DNA from: Verrucomicrobiia bacterium
Lineage (GTDB): Bacteria; Verrucomicrobiota; Verrucomicrobiia; Limisphaerales; UBA1319
Direction: 5' to 3'
Assembly (NCBI GenBank): GCA_963664225.1
Contig: OY760937.1
Span: forward strand, 5,344,001-5,408,000
Length of the DNA stretch: 64,000 nt
Under the pieces are notes generated by a model. The model saw nothing but the letters and a program-made list of their open reading frames with translations. It searched no databases and was not told the DNA's origin. This document shows, piece after piece, positions 47,051-56,987 of this stretch. Each line of letters starts with the position of its first letter. Positions within the stretch are counted from its first letter, which is position 1. A program made the position numbers and the translations under genes.

Positions 47051-48580
47051 CTAGAACTGGAAATACAGGAATGGATTAAAGGTTTGCGTGCTTAACGCCA
47101 CCAGGGCCCATGCAAACACGCCCATGGCAGAAGCCGCGCGCCAGGGTGTCACGTTTTTGGATAAATCCCAAGTCTGCACGCCGAAAAATGCCAGGCCCGT
47201 TGCCACTACCATGGCGATCAAATGATCGGTGGAATACAATATTGCCCGTGGCAAAACCGCTGTCTCGGGCTGGGTGCCGCTTAAACTGAAAAGATTGGCC
47301 ATGTAATCCCAAGCACTGCCCAGATCTGGCGACCGGAAAAAGACCCACGCCACATTTACAATCAGAAAGGTCAGTAAAACCTGGAGCGCCCTGGGTGCTT
47401 TGGCGTAGAACGAGGTCTTTCCCAGCAGACGTTCCACCGTCAGCCACGCGCCATGAATTGCCCCCCAGGCGAGAAATGTCCAGGAGGCACCGTGCCAGAA
47501 GCCGCCCAATAACATCACGACGAGCAGATTGCCATAGGTGCGCAGTTCGCCGCCCCGGTTGCCACCCAGCGGAATATAGAGATAATCGCGCAACCACGTT
47601 GAAAGCGAAATGTGCCAGCGTCGCCAGAAGTCGGTGATGCTCGCAGCCTGGTAGGGAGAATCAAAATTCTTTGCAAACTCGAACCCGAACATCAAGCCCA
47701 GCCCGATTGCCATATCCGAGTAGCCTGAGAAATCGAAATAGATCTGGAAGGCGTAACCGAACAGCCCATACCAGGCATCCAGCCAATGCAGCGACCCCGC
47801 TTGAAAAGCCGTATCAGCGATCTCTCCCATCGGATTGGCGATCAGTACCTTTTTTGCGAATCCCAACGCGAAGAAGAACACGCCGCGGCTGAACTTCTCC
47901 CAGGTGTGTGTCCGTTCATGCAACTGCCGCTCCATGTCCTGGTAGCGGATGATCGGACCGGCGACCAAATGGGGGAATTGGGTGATGTAACAGGCAAAGG
48001 CGTTGAGTGCGCGCATTTCCTGCTTGAGACGCCCCCACCCGGTAACCGCGCCGGAACCGGCGGACGCAGTCATCTGCGCAATCCACGCGCCCGCCGGTTT
48101 GGCGCGGCCGTAGTAGATATCCACGTTGTAGCTGATGGACTCGAACGTATAGAAGGAAATGCCCGCGGGCAGGAGTATCACCAGAATGTTGAACTCGTTC
48201 CGCCCCAGCGCGGCGAGCAGGGCATTTACGTTTTGCTCGGCGAACATGAAATACTTGAAGAAGCACAGCATGCCCAGATTGCTAATTAATGAAATAACCA
48301 GGAACGTTTTGCGTTGGCGCTCTGAGGCGCGTGGCTCGCCATGGATTCCCACGGTTACCGATCCAACCCAGCGCCACTGGCCGTAAATGAGATTGCCGCA
48401 ACAGAAATCGACGATGGTGGACCACATGATCAGCAGGATGAACCACGGATTGGTCCAGCCGTAAAAGGCGTAGCTGACGACTGTGAGCACCGGCATGCGC
48501 AGGGCGCGCGGTGCCGCGTAATAAGTGAGCAGCGCGAATGGAAGAAAATAGAAAACGAAAATGTGGGAGCTGAAAACCAT
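47051..48580 (-). CDS. MBOAT family O-acyltransferase (AlgI/PatA-like)
   Basis: MVFSS..F..YFLP, LPAGISFYTF, FPHLVAGPIIRY, QIYFDFSGYSDMAIG, FWRRWHISLSTWLRDYLYIPLGG, GFWHGA, FLYFQF. Confidence 0.93.
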   Translation of the reverse strand: MVFSSHIFVFYFLPFALLTYYAAPRALRMPVLTVVSYAFYGWTNPWFILLIMWSTIVDFCCGNLIYGQWRWVGSVTVGIHGEPRASERQRKTFLVISLISNLGMLCFFKYFMFAEQNVNALLAALGRNEFNILVILLPAGISFYTFESISYNVDIYYGRAKPAGAWIAQMTASAGSGAVTGWGRLKQEMRALNAFACYITQFPHLVAGPIIRYQDMERQLHERTHTWEKFSRGVFFFALGFAKKVLIANPMGEIADTAFQAGSLHWLDAWYGLFGYAFQIYFDFSGYSDMAIGLGLMFGFEFAKNFDSPYQAASITDFWRRWHISLSTWLRDYLYIPLGGNRGGELRTYGNLLVVMLLGGFWHGASWTFLAWGAIHGAWLTVERLLGKTSFYAKAPRALQVLLTFLIVNVAWVFFRSPDLGSAWDYMANLFSLSGTQPETAVLPRAILYSTDHLIAMVVATGLAFFGVQTWDLSKNVTPWRAASAMGVFAWALVALSTQTFNPFLYFQF

Positions 48581-48583
48581 CGG

Positions 48584-49048
48584 CTACTCCCTCGCGCGTT
48601 CGCTCCAGATGGCCCAGTATCGCGTGCCCGATTCTTTGAAATGCTTATCGATGATTCCGCCCATGTAAATCTGATCCAGCGGCGCGTCCATGGCCATGCG
48701 GTGGACGTCGCCCACCTGGAATCGTTCCACGTTGCCGCCAATCCTGCCTGAGAATTTGTCCGTTGCCGATGCGCGTGATTTTAGGGGGTTGTAATGGCCG
48801 ACGTATATTTCCCGGCTTTCGATCTGACCCCGGTGGACCTTAATCACATCGTATTTCATCACATAGACATAGTCGTACAATTTGTTGGGCGGAAACTCGC
48901 CGATGATCTGGCTTAATCGCGCGGTCACTTCGTATTTGCCCAGCGTGGTGACTTCCTTTGACGGAGGGCTGACCGTTTTACCGCAAGCCGCAAGCCACAG
49001 GGGAATCATGGCCAGCACCATCAATAGAGTGAGAAGACGTTTCATCAT
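48584..49048 (-). CDS. Hypothetical lipoprotein
   Basis: Lipobox LAAC after hydrophobic signal; beta-rich small domain; tightly coupled to MBOAT. Confidence 0.7.
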   Translation of the reverse strand: MMKRLLTLLMVLAMIPLWLAACGKTVSPPSKEVTTLGKYEVTARLSQIIGEFPPNKLYDYVYVMKYDVIKVHRGQIESREIYVGHYNPLKSRASATDKFSGRIGGNVERFQVGDVHRMAMDAPLDQIYMGGIIDKHFKESGTRYWAIWSERARE

Positions 49049-50073
49049 GGTACTATTTCAGTGAGAGTCCAGTGCGGTTCCCAGCCGGAGGGCAGGGTGA
49101 GCACCGGGCCGTGGTGGGCGTCGGGATGTCTTTGGCGCAACTCGTCCTCGCCATTGCGAACCATTGGGGTGTCTGCGAGTCGCATTAAACCCATGGGCGA
49201 ACCGCTATGTTCCGGATCGCCATCCTCTTCCTTATTGCCCGTAAATAAAACATATTTGCCATCCGGAGAAACGCAGCCGCCATAGACGTGCCTTCCAGAT
49301 TCCGCATAGATCAAGTGACGCTGGCTGCCATCGGCGGATGCTCTCCACAATTCCGTCCAGCCATAACCCGCGTTGGCCCGCTGGCCTGGCGGGCGCCACG
49401 AATAAACAATCTGCTGCGAATCTGGAAACCAATCCGGCGTGCAGCAATCCACCGTGCAGGCCGCGTTGATCGCGCCGGTAGCCAGTGCCATCCGCGCCAC
49501 CGCCCAACCTGTATCGAAGGAGTTCGCCACGCCGGACAACCACTTGCCATCAGGCGACCAGGTGAGTTGTTGGAAAAAGCCTTTTCGGTCCAGGTGCTGG
49601 CTCACTTTTTTGGTATCCAGTTCAATGATGTCGATGCCTTTGGGGTTCAGGCAGGCAACGCTTTTTCCATCGGGCGACCAACTCGCCCACGGAAATTCAC
49701 CTGTCGCGCCGATTGCTTTGGGCTGGGAACCGTCGGCATGGGCAATCACAAGCTCCCCTTGCTGGCCGTGCCTATTATTATCGAATGTCTCGCCGCGCGG
49801 GGTCCGACGATACAACAACTGCCGGCCATCTGCGGAAAACCGTGGCAACACTTCGTTGAGATCCGGTGTTTGCGTAAGATTGCGCCTGGCCGAACCGTCA
49901 GGGCGCATGACGAACAAGTCCCAGTCGCCCTGCGCCGTTCTGGCGCCAAAGACAATCCAGCCATGGGTCGCCACTTCACCGGACAGCGCCTGCGTGCCCG
50001 GATCGTTCGTCTGCCCTTGAACCGGCAGGCAAAGACTCAGTAACAGCAACCCCAGGAATGTTGATTTCATCAT
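49045..50073 (-). CDS. TolB-like/PD40-repeat beta-propeller protein
   Basis: Signal peptide; FSADGR, WSPDGK (x2), PDWFPD, VSPDGK repeats. Confidence 0.8.
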   Translation of the reverse strand: MMKSTFLGLLLLSLCLPVQGQTNDPGTQALSGEVATHGWIVFGARTAQGDWDLFVMRPDGSARRNLTQTPDLNEVLPRFSADGRQLLYRRTPRGETFDNNRHGQQGELVIAHADGSQPKAIGATGEFPWASWSPDGKSVACLNPKGIDIIELDTKKVSQHLDRKGFFQQLTWSPDGKWLSGVANSFDTGWAVARMALATGAINAACTVDCCTPDWFPDSQQIVYSWRPPGQRANAGYGWTELWRASADGSQRHLIYAESGRHVYGGCVSPDGKYVLFTGNKEEDGDPEHSGSPMGLMRLADTPMVRNGEDELRQRHPDAHHGPVLTLPSGWEPHWTLTEIVP

Positions 50074-50077
50074 AATC

Positions 50078-51136
50078 TTAACGAGATCTTTCTATCTCCA
50101 ACTTCGTCCAATGCGGCTCCCAACCCTTGCCCAGATCAAGGCGCGGACCTTCTTTTGCAGTTGGGAACTGCTGGTGCAATGTTGCGTTTGCGTCTCCCAC
50201 CATGGGTGTGTCACGCCTGCGGATGATGGACAGGGTTGTTTGAGCGCTATCGTTTTCCCCCAGGTCCTCGATGCTGCGAGTGAATATAAGGTATTGGCCA
50301 TCGGGAGAAGCACATGCGCCATAAATATTGCGCGAATCCTCGGCGTAAAGCATCTGTTTTTCCTGGCCATCCCCGTGGGCGATCCACATCTCGGCGTGCC
50401 CGCCTATTTCAGGAATGATGCCCCGCGCGTAAACCACCTCCTGAGAATTTGCAGCCCAATCCGGCGTGCAATTGTAGCGGTCGGTTTCGCTGACCACATT
50501 GATTTCGCCGCTCGCAACATTCAAACGGCCTATATTCCAAAAGGCTCCCAGCCCGTTTGCTGTTCCTAATATCCATCGGCCATCGGCGGACCAAACAAGC
50601 TGTTGGACGATCCCTTTGCGAGGCAACTGCCGCACCACTTTCCGGTCGGCGATGTTGACGATGTTAATTCCTTGCGGTGACAGACAGGCAATTTGTTTGG
50701 AATCAGGCCCCCAGGTGGCCCACAGATAATTGCTGCCATAAACCACGGCGTTTTGACCGTCAGCGTCAGCGATCACCAAATCCTGTTTGCCATAAGTGTT
50801 GTTGGCGACGGGCTCGGATTTGGGCATCCGATAATACAGAAGACGACGGCCGTCCGGCGAAATTCGCGCACCGCCTTCGTTGAAACCGGGTGTATCGGTG
50901 AGTTTGCGGCGCTCCGAGCCATTGGGACGCATGATAAAAAGATCCCAATCACCCCGTTCATTTCTGGCCGAATACACAATCCAACCGGCGTGTGCGACTT
51001 CCTTTGCCAGCGTTTCCACCGACAATCGGTCGTTGGCGCCCATCCGGGGCGAATTTTCAGAGGCAAAAACGCTTAATCCAAGCCAGACGGTGATGCTTGC
51101 CGCCCATCCCAACCATTGATGTCTGTTCACGCGCAT
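50078..51136 (-). CDS. TolB-like/PD40-repeat beta-propeller protein (paralog of neighbour)
   Basis: Signal peptide; ISPDGR, WGPDSK, WSADGR, ASPDGQ; shares GWIV..AR, GDWDLF.MRP.GS, GWEPHWT with 49045-50073. Confidence 0.8.
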   Translation of the reverse strand: MRVNRHQWLGWAASITVWLGLSVFASENSPRMGANDRLSVETLAKEVAHAGWIVYSARNERGDWDLFIMRPNGSERRKLTDTPGFNEGGARISPDGRRLLYYRMPKSEPVANNTYGKQDLVIADADGQNAVVYGSNYLWATWGPDSKQIACLSPQGINIVNIADRKVVRQLPRKGIVQQLVWSADGRWILGTANGLGAFWNIGRLNVASGEINVVSETDRYNCTPDWAANSQEVVYARGIIPEIGGHAEMWIAHGDGQEKQMLYAEDSRNIYGACASPDGQYLIFTRSIEDLGENDSAQTTLSIIRRRDTPMVGDANATLHQQFPTAKEGPRLDLGKGWEPHWTKLEIERSR

Positions 51137-51591
51137 AGATTGTTATTCATGCTTATGGCTTGTTCGCGTGAGTTGTAAGTGTTCGAAGCGCGAAAGTCGA
51201 TGAAAGTCGTCAACGAGCTGATCAATGTGTTCCAAGTCTGGGATCGGCCCCCGCGAGCCGTCAACGTGCTGATTGCGAGTCCGATCCAGTCGTTTAAAAT
51301 ATCCGCGACCAATTCCATCGATCATAGAGATGTAGACATATTTATAAATATTTAATTGGCATGCATTTACATAACAGACTGGCAAAGTGATCGCATGTAA
51401 TTAAATGAACCCCGGTTTAGTCGGGAGGTGCAATGAATTGGTGTCCAAACTTCTCCTCGGTGAGATATTTTGGATCAATTGTGCTGTCCATCCGGTGTCG
51501 GGCATCTGCCACTCCAACGCCCTTGCGAACAGGATGCGACGGACGGGGACGTGTTTGATTTTCGCCTCAAAGTGGGATACTGGCGTGTAAC

Positions 51592-51650
51592 CGCGTCTGA
51601 ATGGGGTTCAGAAGGTCGTGAGTTCAAATCTCACCGCCCCGACCACTTAA
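51592..51650 (+). repeat. Displaced 3' fragment of tRNA-Pro (att site, right island boundary)
   Basis: Exact copy of 36797-36855; lacks the 5' acceptor strand and D-loop so is not a functional tRNA. Confidence 0.92.
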
Positions 51651-51735
51651 ATCCTTCGAAATTCTCAGTTTTCCTTGATGAAGTAATTGCCCAGCAGTTT
51701 CCTTGTCATGCAATGGCATGTATAGAAGTGAGCTT

Positions 51736-52625
51736 TCAGATTGATTGTTGGCAATCCATGTCTTCAAAGGGTGTGCTGACGATAGCTGTTAGGTTTTTTT
51801 TCAGCGCATGGATGATTCGCACCACGGGCGGCGAGTTGTCGCCAACAAAATTGCGCAACGCAAACAGAGCTCCTTTCCACACTAGTGCCAGCGGTGCCAC
51901 AAGTGTATCCTCTCGAGTGGATGTTTCAACCAGGCGATTCTCCACAGCAAGAACCCTGCACATTGGTTTCGCTGGCGGGCCATTCGCCATTCTGCAACTC
52001 GAATTCGTATTGCCACCGTAACTCCTTTCGCTCGGCTGCATGCTGGCGCGATTGCAACCATGGCTCCAACTCTTGCGAATTTCGGAACTGGGATTGCGGA
52101 TCCTGGGCCAGCGGTCGCAACACTGCGATTACATCTTCCGGAGAACTGCTCGTCAATTGTCCGTTCTTATCAAACAAGCCGGAAAAAAGCGCGGCAGCGC
52201 TTGATTTCCGGTTATGCTTCGGATTGTGTCGTTGGCGGCATCGGGAACCAATTCAATTCTTGTCGAGCCCTCTTTTTCAGCGTCAAAAAAAGCTGAAGAA
52301 AGCATCTTTGGATATGCTGCCGCACCGCTTCGACATGCTTGAATGTACCCAGACCATTAATTCGAAAATCGACGCAATCGCAGTAAAACTGTCGATTCTT
52401 CACGTCGCGAATTTCGACTGAATACTTCAGTCCGCTGCCTGAATGCGCTTTAAAAATGGAAAACACGGGATTCCGCGGTGTGAGATTGGATATTTTGAAA
52501 AGCTCATTTCGATCCCGTTCCCGGCGATGATTGATTTCGCCTTCATCCGTCGTGCGCCAGTTGCAGGGCGATGGAATGGACGCCTTTGGCTTTGGTGATT
52601 TCTTCAATTTCACTTTCGATTCCAT
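51736..52625 (-). pseudogene. Decayed SWIM zinc-finger / SNF2-type helicase gene (frameshifted, helicase core missing)
   Basis: 'YSVEIRD...FYCDCVDFRINGLGTFKHVEAV' SWIM motif with C>F change; continues in another frame ('SQELEPWL...ERKELR.QYE....GEWP') then breaks. Confidence 0.6.
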
Positions 52626-52913
52626 GCAAACGATCATTCTTGGGACTGGGTTGGTGTTAACTTTGAAACGCTGAAGCACCCGAATCCGGGCAATTCGAAG
52701 AACCACATTGGCGTGTGCAAAATGCGATAAAACTCAAAAATACCGCAGCGCTTATGAAGTCAATCTGTATTAGGACGGGCCCCCGGGTTTGTCAGGTTTT
52801 GGCTTTTACCAGCTTCCTGAGTCATGTTCTGCGCCTCAAACCGAATCGTTGAACCATCGGACGTTGACCCGAAAGCAAGAAACCATTTTAATATTCGAAG
52901 CCCGATTCTCTTT

Positions 52914-54614
52914 ATGAATACATCCACAATGCGAACCGCCATGCGCCTACTGCTGGGTGTTGTCTGCCTGGTTTGCTGCCAGCGCATGTCCGCCGCCGTC
53001 TCCAGCCCGGCAGTTCCTGTAGTGTCAGCGCCTTTCGATTTGCAGGGCTTTCTGGACACCGAAATCAAGGCGGGGCACAAGCGCATCGTGGTGCCGCCCG
53101 GCCATTATCGCGTGACTCCCAAAAACCGGCAGCACCTCTCGCTGCAAAGCTTGAAGGACGTCGAGATCATTGCCGATGGCGTGGAGATGATTTGCACCGA
53201 GACGACGCGCGCGCTGACGATCAGTCGATGCACCAATGTCACGGTGCGCGGATTGGTGATCGACTATGATCCACTGCCCTACACACAGGGACGCATCACC
53301 GCCATTTCCGCGGACAGGCAGATCTATGACGTGGAGCTTTTTGAGGGGTATCCCACTGCGGAAACGGTTCGCAACTTCAAATATGAAGTCATCCGCCCCG
53401 ATTCGCGGACACTGCGGTGCGAGGATCGTGACATCAGCAAGATTGAGGTGGTGGATGCCCGGCATCTCCGCCTCACCAGCCCCGGACGCCATGAAAGGAA
53501 TGCCGAGCAGGTCGGCGACCTGATTGTGATTGGCTCGGAATACGCTCCACATGGCAGCGCCGCCCACGCGGTCGAGTGCAGCAATAATGTCAATGTGCGG
53601 CTGGAGAACATCGACCTCTTTGCCTCAAACTGCTTCGGGTTCCTGGAATATAATTGCGATGGAAGCGTCTATTTACGGTGCCGGATTGACCGACGTTCGC
53701 CCGCTGAGGATTTCGTGAAACGGGAACCGCGCCTGCGTTCGCTCGACGCGGATGCCTTTCACAGCAAGCACGCGATCAAGGGGCCGTCCTATATTGAATG
53801 CTCGGCACGTTTCATGGCGGACGATTGCATCAACATCTGCGGCGATTACCACATGATCATGAATTCGCAGGGCAGGGAATTGCGCGTGCTGGCCAAGGGC
53901 AGCATGAACATCCAGCCGGGCGATCCGGTGGAACTCGTGCTCTACACCGGCGAACGGCTGCCGGACGCGAAGGTCATCTCAGTCCAACCTGCGGGTGAGA
54001 TACTCGATGACGAACGGGCCTTCCTGGCCAAACAAAACCTGGACGCCGGTTTGAAGAGCGCGCGCGGGCTGGGCAAGGCCTTCACCGTGACATTGGATCG
54101 CGAGGTGGCCATGCCACGCGGCGGTGTCCTCTGTGCGGCCAACCGCATCGGCAACGGATTTCAGGTGAAAAACTGCAATTTCGGTTTCAACCGTTCCCGA
54201 GGCATTCTCATCAAGGCCAGTCACGGGGAGATCACTGGCAACCGCATGGAAGGGTGTTGGATGTCCGCAATTCTGGTGTCCCCCGAGTATTGGTGGCTGG
54301 AGGCGGGCAGCAGCAGCGATCTCAAGATCACGGGAAATAACATCAAGAATTGTGGAGGTGTTCCCATACGGATTGAGGCGACAGGTGGAAATGGCGATAT
54401 CGCACCGGCGGGCGCGCACCGGAACATCACGGTCAACGGCAACACCATTACCGGCTGTGCGATGCCGGGTATCCTGGTGACCTTCACAGCCGATTTGAAG
54501 ATGGGGCGTAATACTTTCGCCGACTGGTCTGACTCTAAGGAAATCCCCGGCGAGATGCGCAAGGCTGGATTGACAGAATTGAAGCCTGTCGTGGAGATTA
54601 ACTGCACGAAATAG
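52914..54614 (+). CDS. Right-handed parallel beta-helix protein (GH110-like galactosidase / lyase fold)
   Basis: Signal peptide; IDYDPLPYTQGRI, RLRSLDADAFH, MADDCINI, NRSRGILIKA. Confidence 0.75.
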   Translation: MNTSTMRTAMRLLLGVVCLVCCQRMSAAVSSPAVPVVSAPFDLQGFLDTEIKAGHKRIVVPPGHYRVTPKNRQHLSLQSLKDVEIIADGVEMICTETTRALTISRCTNVTVRGLVIDYDPLPYTQGRITAISADRQIYDVELFEGYPTAETVRNFKYEVIRPDSRTLRCEDRDISKIEVVDARHLRLTSPGRHERNAEQVGDLIVIGSEYAPHGSAAHAVECSNNVNVRLENIDLFASNCFGFLEYNCDGSVYLRCRIDRRSPAEDFVKREPRLRSLDADAFHSKHAIKGPSYIECSARFMADDCINICGDYHMIMNSQGRELRVLAKGSMNIQPGDPVELVLYTGERLPDAKVISVQPAGEILDDERAFLAKQNLDAGLKSARGLGKAFTVTLDREVAMPRGGVLCAANRIGNGFQVKNCNFGFNRSRGILIKASHGEITGNRMEGCWMSAILVSPEYWWLEAGSSSDLKITGNNIKNCGGVPIRIEATGGNGDIAPAGAHRNITVNGNTITGCAMPGILVTFTADLKMGRNTFADWSDSKEIPGEMRKAGLTELKPVVEINCTK

Positions 54615-54629
54615 TTTCCAAATTCAATT

Positions 54630-55739
54630 ATGACATTTTCATTGGCGAAACTCTGCTGCCTCATCAGCGTCGGATTGGTGACAGGACTTGGGGTTGCGTC
54701 CGCACAACCGAACATCGCGGCTCCAACCTCGACAAATGCCTTTGCCCCGCAGAATCCGATCGATTTCTCCTATCCTTACTTTGACGGAACCCGGGAGCGA
54801 ACCATCACCGAACTGCGGGATCCGGCCATCATTCGCGAAGGCGACACTTATTACTTAGTGTTCACCCATTTTCCATTCACGCACCACACGAGTCGGGATG
54901 CGAGCAAGCCTGACCTCAATTCATCGCCAGGCATCCGGATTTACTCGTCGAAAGATTTGAGGAGTTGGAATTTCGAGAACTGGCTGGTCAAATCCAGTGA
55001 ACTGCCGGAGAACTGCCCCTACAAACACCGTTTCTGGGCGCCTGAGATTCACAAGATGGGCGGGCGGTTCTACGTGGTCTTCTACGCCGACAACTGGATC
55101 AAGGATGAATACAACAGCGATGGAAAGATGGGCTATGTGGCGTTTGTGGGTGTGGCGGATAAGGTGACGGGGCCCTACGAACACATCACCTGGCTCAAAG
55201 GGGGCGGTTGTGACACGAGCCTGTTCGGTGACGATGACGGCAAGACTTACGCAATCATGCCCTTCGGCAACGAATACATTCAGGAGGCGAATCTCACCCG
55301 GATTAACCATGGGGATATCAAGCTTGTCGGTGAACGCAAAATGGTTGTGGCCCGCGACAACAGCGATGTGGGCAGGAAGACCAGCCCTGACTACATGGAG
55401 GGGCCGTGGTTGATCAAACGCAACGGCAAGTATGTCTTATTCACCGCGTCGCCTTACAAGCAGAAGAAGGATGAACAGGGCGGAACACCCGATCTCGCGC
55501 CGGGATATTGGGTCGGCACGGCCGTGGCGGACAATATTTGGGGTCCCTATACGAAAACCCCACAGGTGTTTCTCGGCGGCCACATTGCCGTATTCACCGG
55601 ACCGGATGGGAAGGAATGGTTTGCATACCGCGGAGAATCCGGCGGCAAAGCCCAGGGCCGGCTGTGCGTCGATCCAATCCCATTCAACGACGACGGTTCT
55701 GTGAGAACGTTTTCGCCATCGGTTGGCCCGACCCGGTAG
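54630..55739 (+). CDS. GH43 family glycoside hydrolase
   Basis: LRDPAII, FWAPEI, CDTSLFGDDDG, MEGPWL, GHIAVFTGPDG. Confidence 0.87.
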   Translation: MTFSLAKLCCLISVGLVTGLGVASAQPNIAAPTSTNAFAPQNPIDFSYPYFDGTRERTITELRDPAIIREGDTYYLVFTHFPFTHHTSRDASKPDLNSSPGIRIYSSKDLRSWNFENWLVKSSELPENCPYKHRFWAPEIHKMGGRFYVVFYADNWIKDEYNSDGKMGYVAFVGVADKVTGPYEHITWLKGGGCDTSLFGDDDGKTYAIMPFGNEYIQEANLTRINHGDIKLVGERKMVVARDNSDVGRKTSPDYMEGPWLIKRNGKYVLFTASPYKQKKDEQGGTPDLAPGYWVGTAVADNIWGPYTKTPQVFLGGHIAVFTGPDGKEWFAYRGESGGKAQGRLCVDPIPFNDDGSVRTFSPSVGPTR

Positions 55740-55792
55740 CCTGACTGCAATCTTCGTGGCAGGCTCTCCACGTGTCGAATTCCAAACACATG

Positions 55793-56746
55793 CTAAAATC
55801 CCATGACCCGGAAGAAGCCAGCCGGGTTTGTGAACGCGATCGAAATGGGCTGGGCGATGGTGGAGTTGAGATTGGAGAGGGTGATCCATTCGCCAGCATT
55901 CACGAGGGATCGCGTTTGAAGGATTCCTTGTTGACCGGGATCGGTTTGGATTTGGAGCAATAAAGTGTTGGTGGGCGAACGTTGGGCGGCCAGGCGCGGT
56001 GGTGTGGCAAAGAGAATTGTTAGTCGGGGAGGGGAGTTGGTGTTTTCACGGGAACCAAAGCGGCGCACGGTTCCAATCACCGATTCATCCGTGCATTGGA
56101 GAATCCAGCCGAAATTTTGTTCCGGGTGATCGAGCCAAAGCTGGACGTCTTCGATGGTGAAGGTCGTGGAATCAAAAGTGTAGGGGGAATTGGCCACATC
56201 CATGACGACCTTTTCAGCACTGGGCTGTAAGGCAAAGTCGCCATTTTGCTGGCCGCCAGGCGTGCTCCAGGAGTTCGTGGTGAACGCGAACCGATAGGTC
56301 CATGAGGCCTCATTGGTCGTGGCCGGTTGACCCACTCCGGGACCCGCTCCATCGGGGGCGGATTTGTCCCCTTCGCCCCAAGGCAAAAGAACCCTGGTGA
56401 GGCTGAAATTACCGGTTGAGACTGTGATGGGCGGTTGTTTTATAACGGTTAGAGTGAGGGCGGCGGATTGAATGAGGGCGCCTTGCGGCAATTGTCCGGC
56501 AACGTCGAATTTGATGAGCGCACGGGTGCGTTTATGGGTTTGATTCACGCCGGTGTTGAAGAAAAACTGCCCGCCGAGGTTGTTGGAAGGGGCGGTTTCA
56601 ATGAGCGTGGTGTCGGCCGAAGGGATTAGTGTAAGCGTGGCGGCCGATGCAAAAATGGGCGCAAGGCCAGCCAACACGAGGGTGAACCACAAAGGGCGGA
56701 ACCACCGAAATTTCCCCCACGCAATGGTGAGGCCTGAATTTTTCAT
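55793..56746 (-). CDS. DNRLRE-domain secreted protein with C-terminal PVC-type beta tail
   Basis: ADTTLIE..P.NN.G, RALIKFDV...IQSAALTL, VQLWLDHPEQNFGWIL, FGSRE...PRL; tail GFFRV. Confidence 0.72.
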   Translation of the reverse strand: MKNSGLTIAWGKFRWFRPLWFTLVLAGLAPIFASAATLTLIPSADTTLIETAPSNNLGGQFFFNTGVNQTHKRTRALIKFDVAGQLPQGALIQSAALTLTVIKQPPITVSTGNFSLTRVLLPWGEGDKSAPDGAGPGVGQPATTNEASWTYRFAFTTNSWSTPGGQQNGDFALQPSAEKVVMDVANSPYTFDSTTFTIEDVQLWLDHPEQNFGWILQCTDESVIGTVRRFGSRENTNSPPRLTILFATPPRLAAQRSPTNTLLLQIQTDPGQQGILQTRSLVNAGEWITLSNLNSTIAQPISIAFTNPAGFFRVMGF

Positions 56747-56987
56747 ATGATGGCCTGATGATTGGACCGGTGTTGATGGACACATAATTCAAGCCCGGTT
56801 CGTCGGCTAAACGTCCTATTTGCTCCTGAGCATCTGGAATAACCCCTGTGTCCTGTTTTCTCCATAATGGTCTCGCAACCCCTGAAAGTTAACTCTGTGG
56901 GGCGCTTTTGCAAAAGGAAGATGGATTGTGCAAGTGAGATCAAAAAATTTGACGTCGCCGAACGGCCTACACTAGACTGAGCCCACA

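Larger units (their letters stand above)
36797..51650. mobile_element. Genomic island integrated in tRNA-Pro(GGG), ~14.8 kb, no integrase visible
   Basis: Identical 59-bp direct repeats at 36797-36855 and 51592-51650 (3' two-thirds of tRNA + CTTAA). Confidence 0.85.

Noticed and set aside
51380..51395. Sigma54-like GG-N10-GC motif (TGGCAAAGTGATCGCA)
   Set aside because: Weak match and points away from the island operon toward no gene
51592..51650. Second tRNA-Pro gene
   Set aside because: Lacks the 5' 23 nt (acceptor 5' strand and D-loop); it is an att-type fragment
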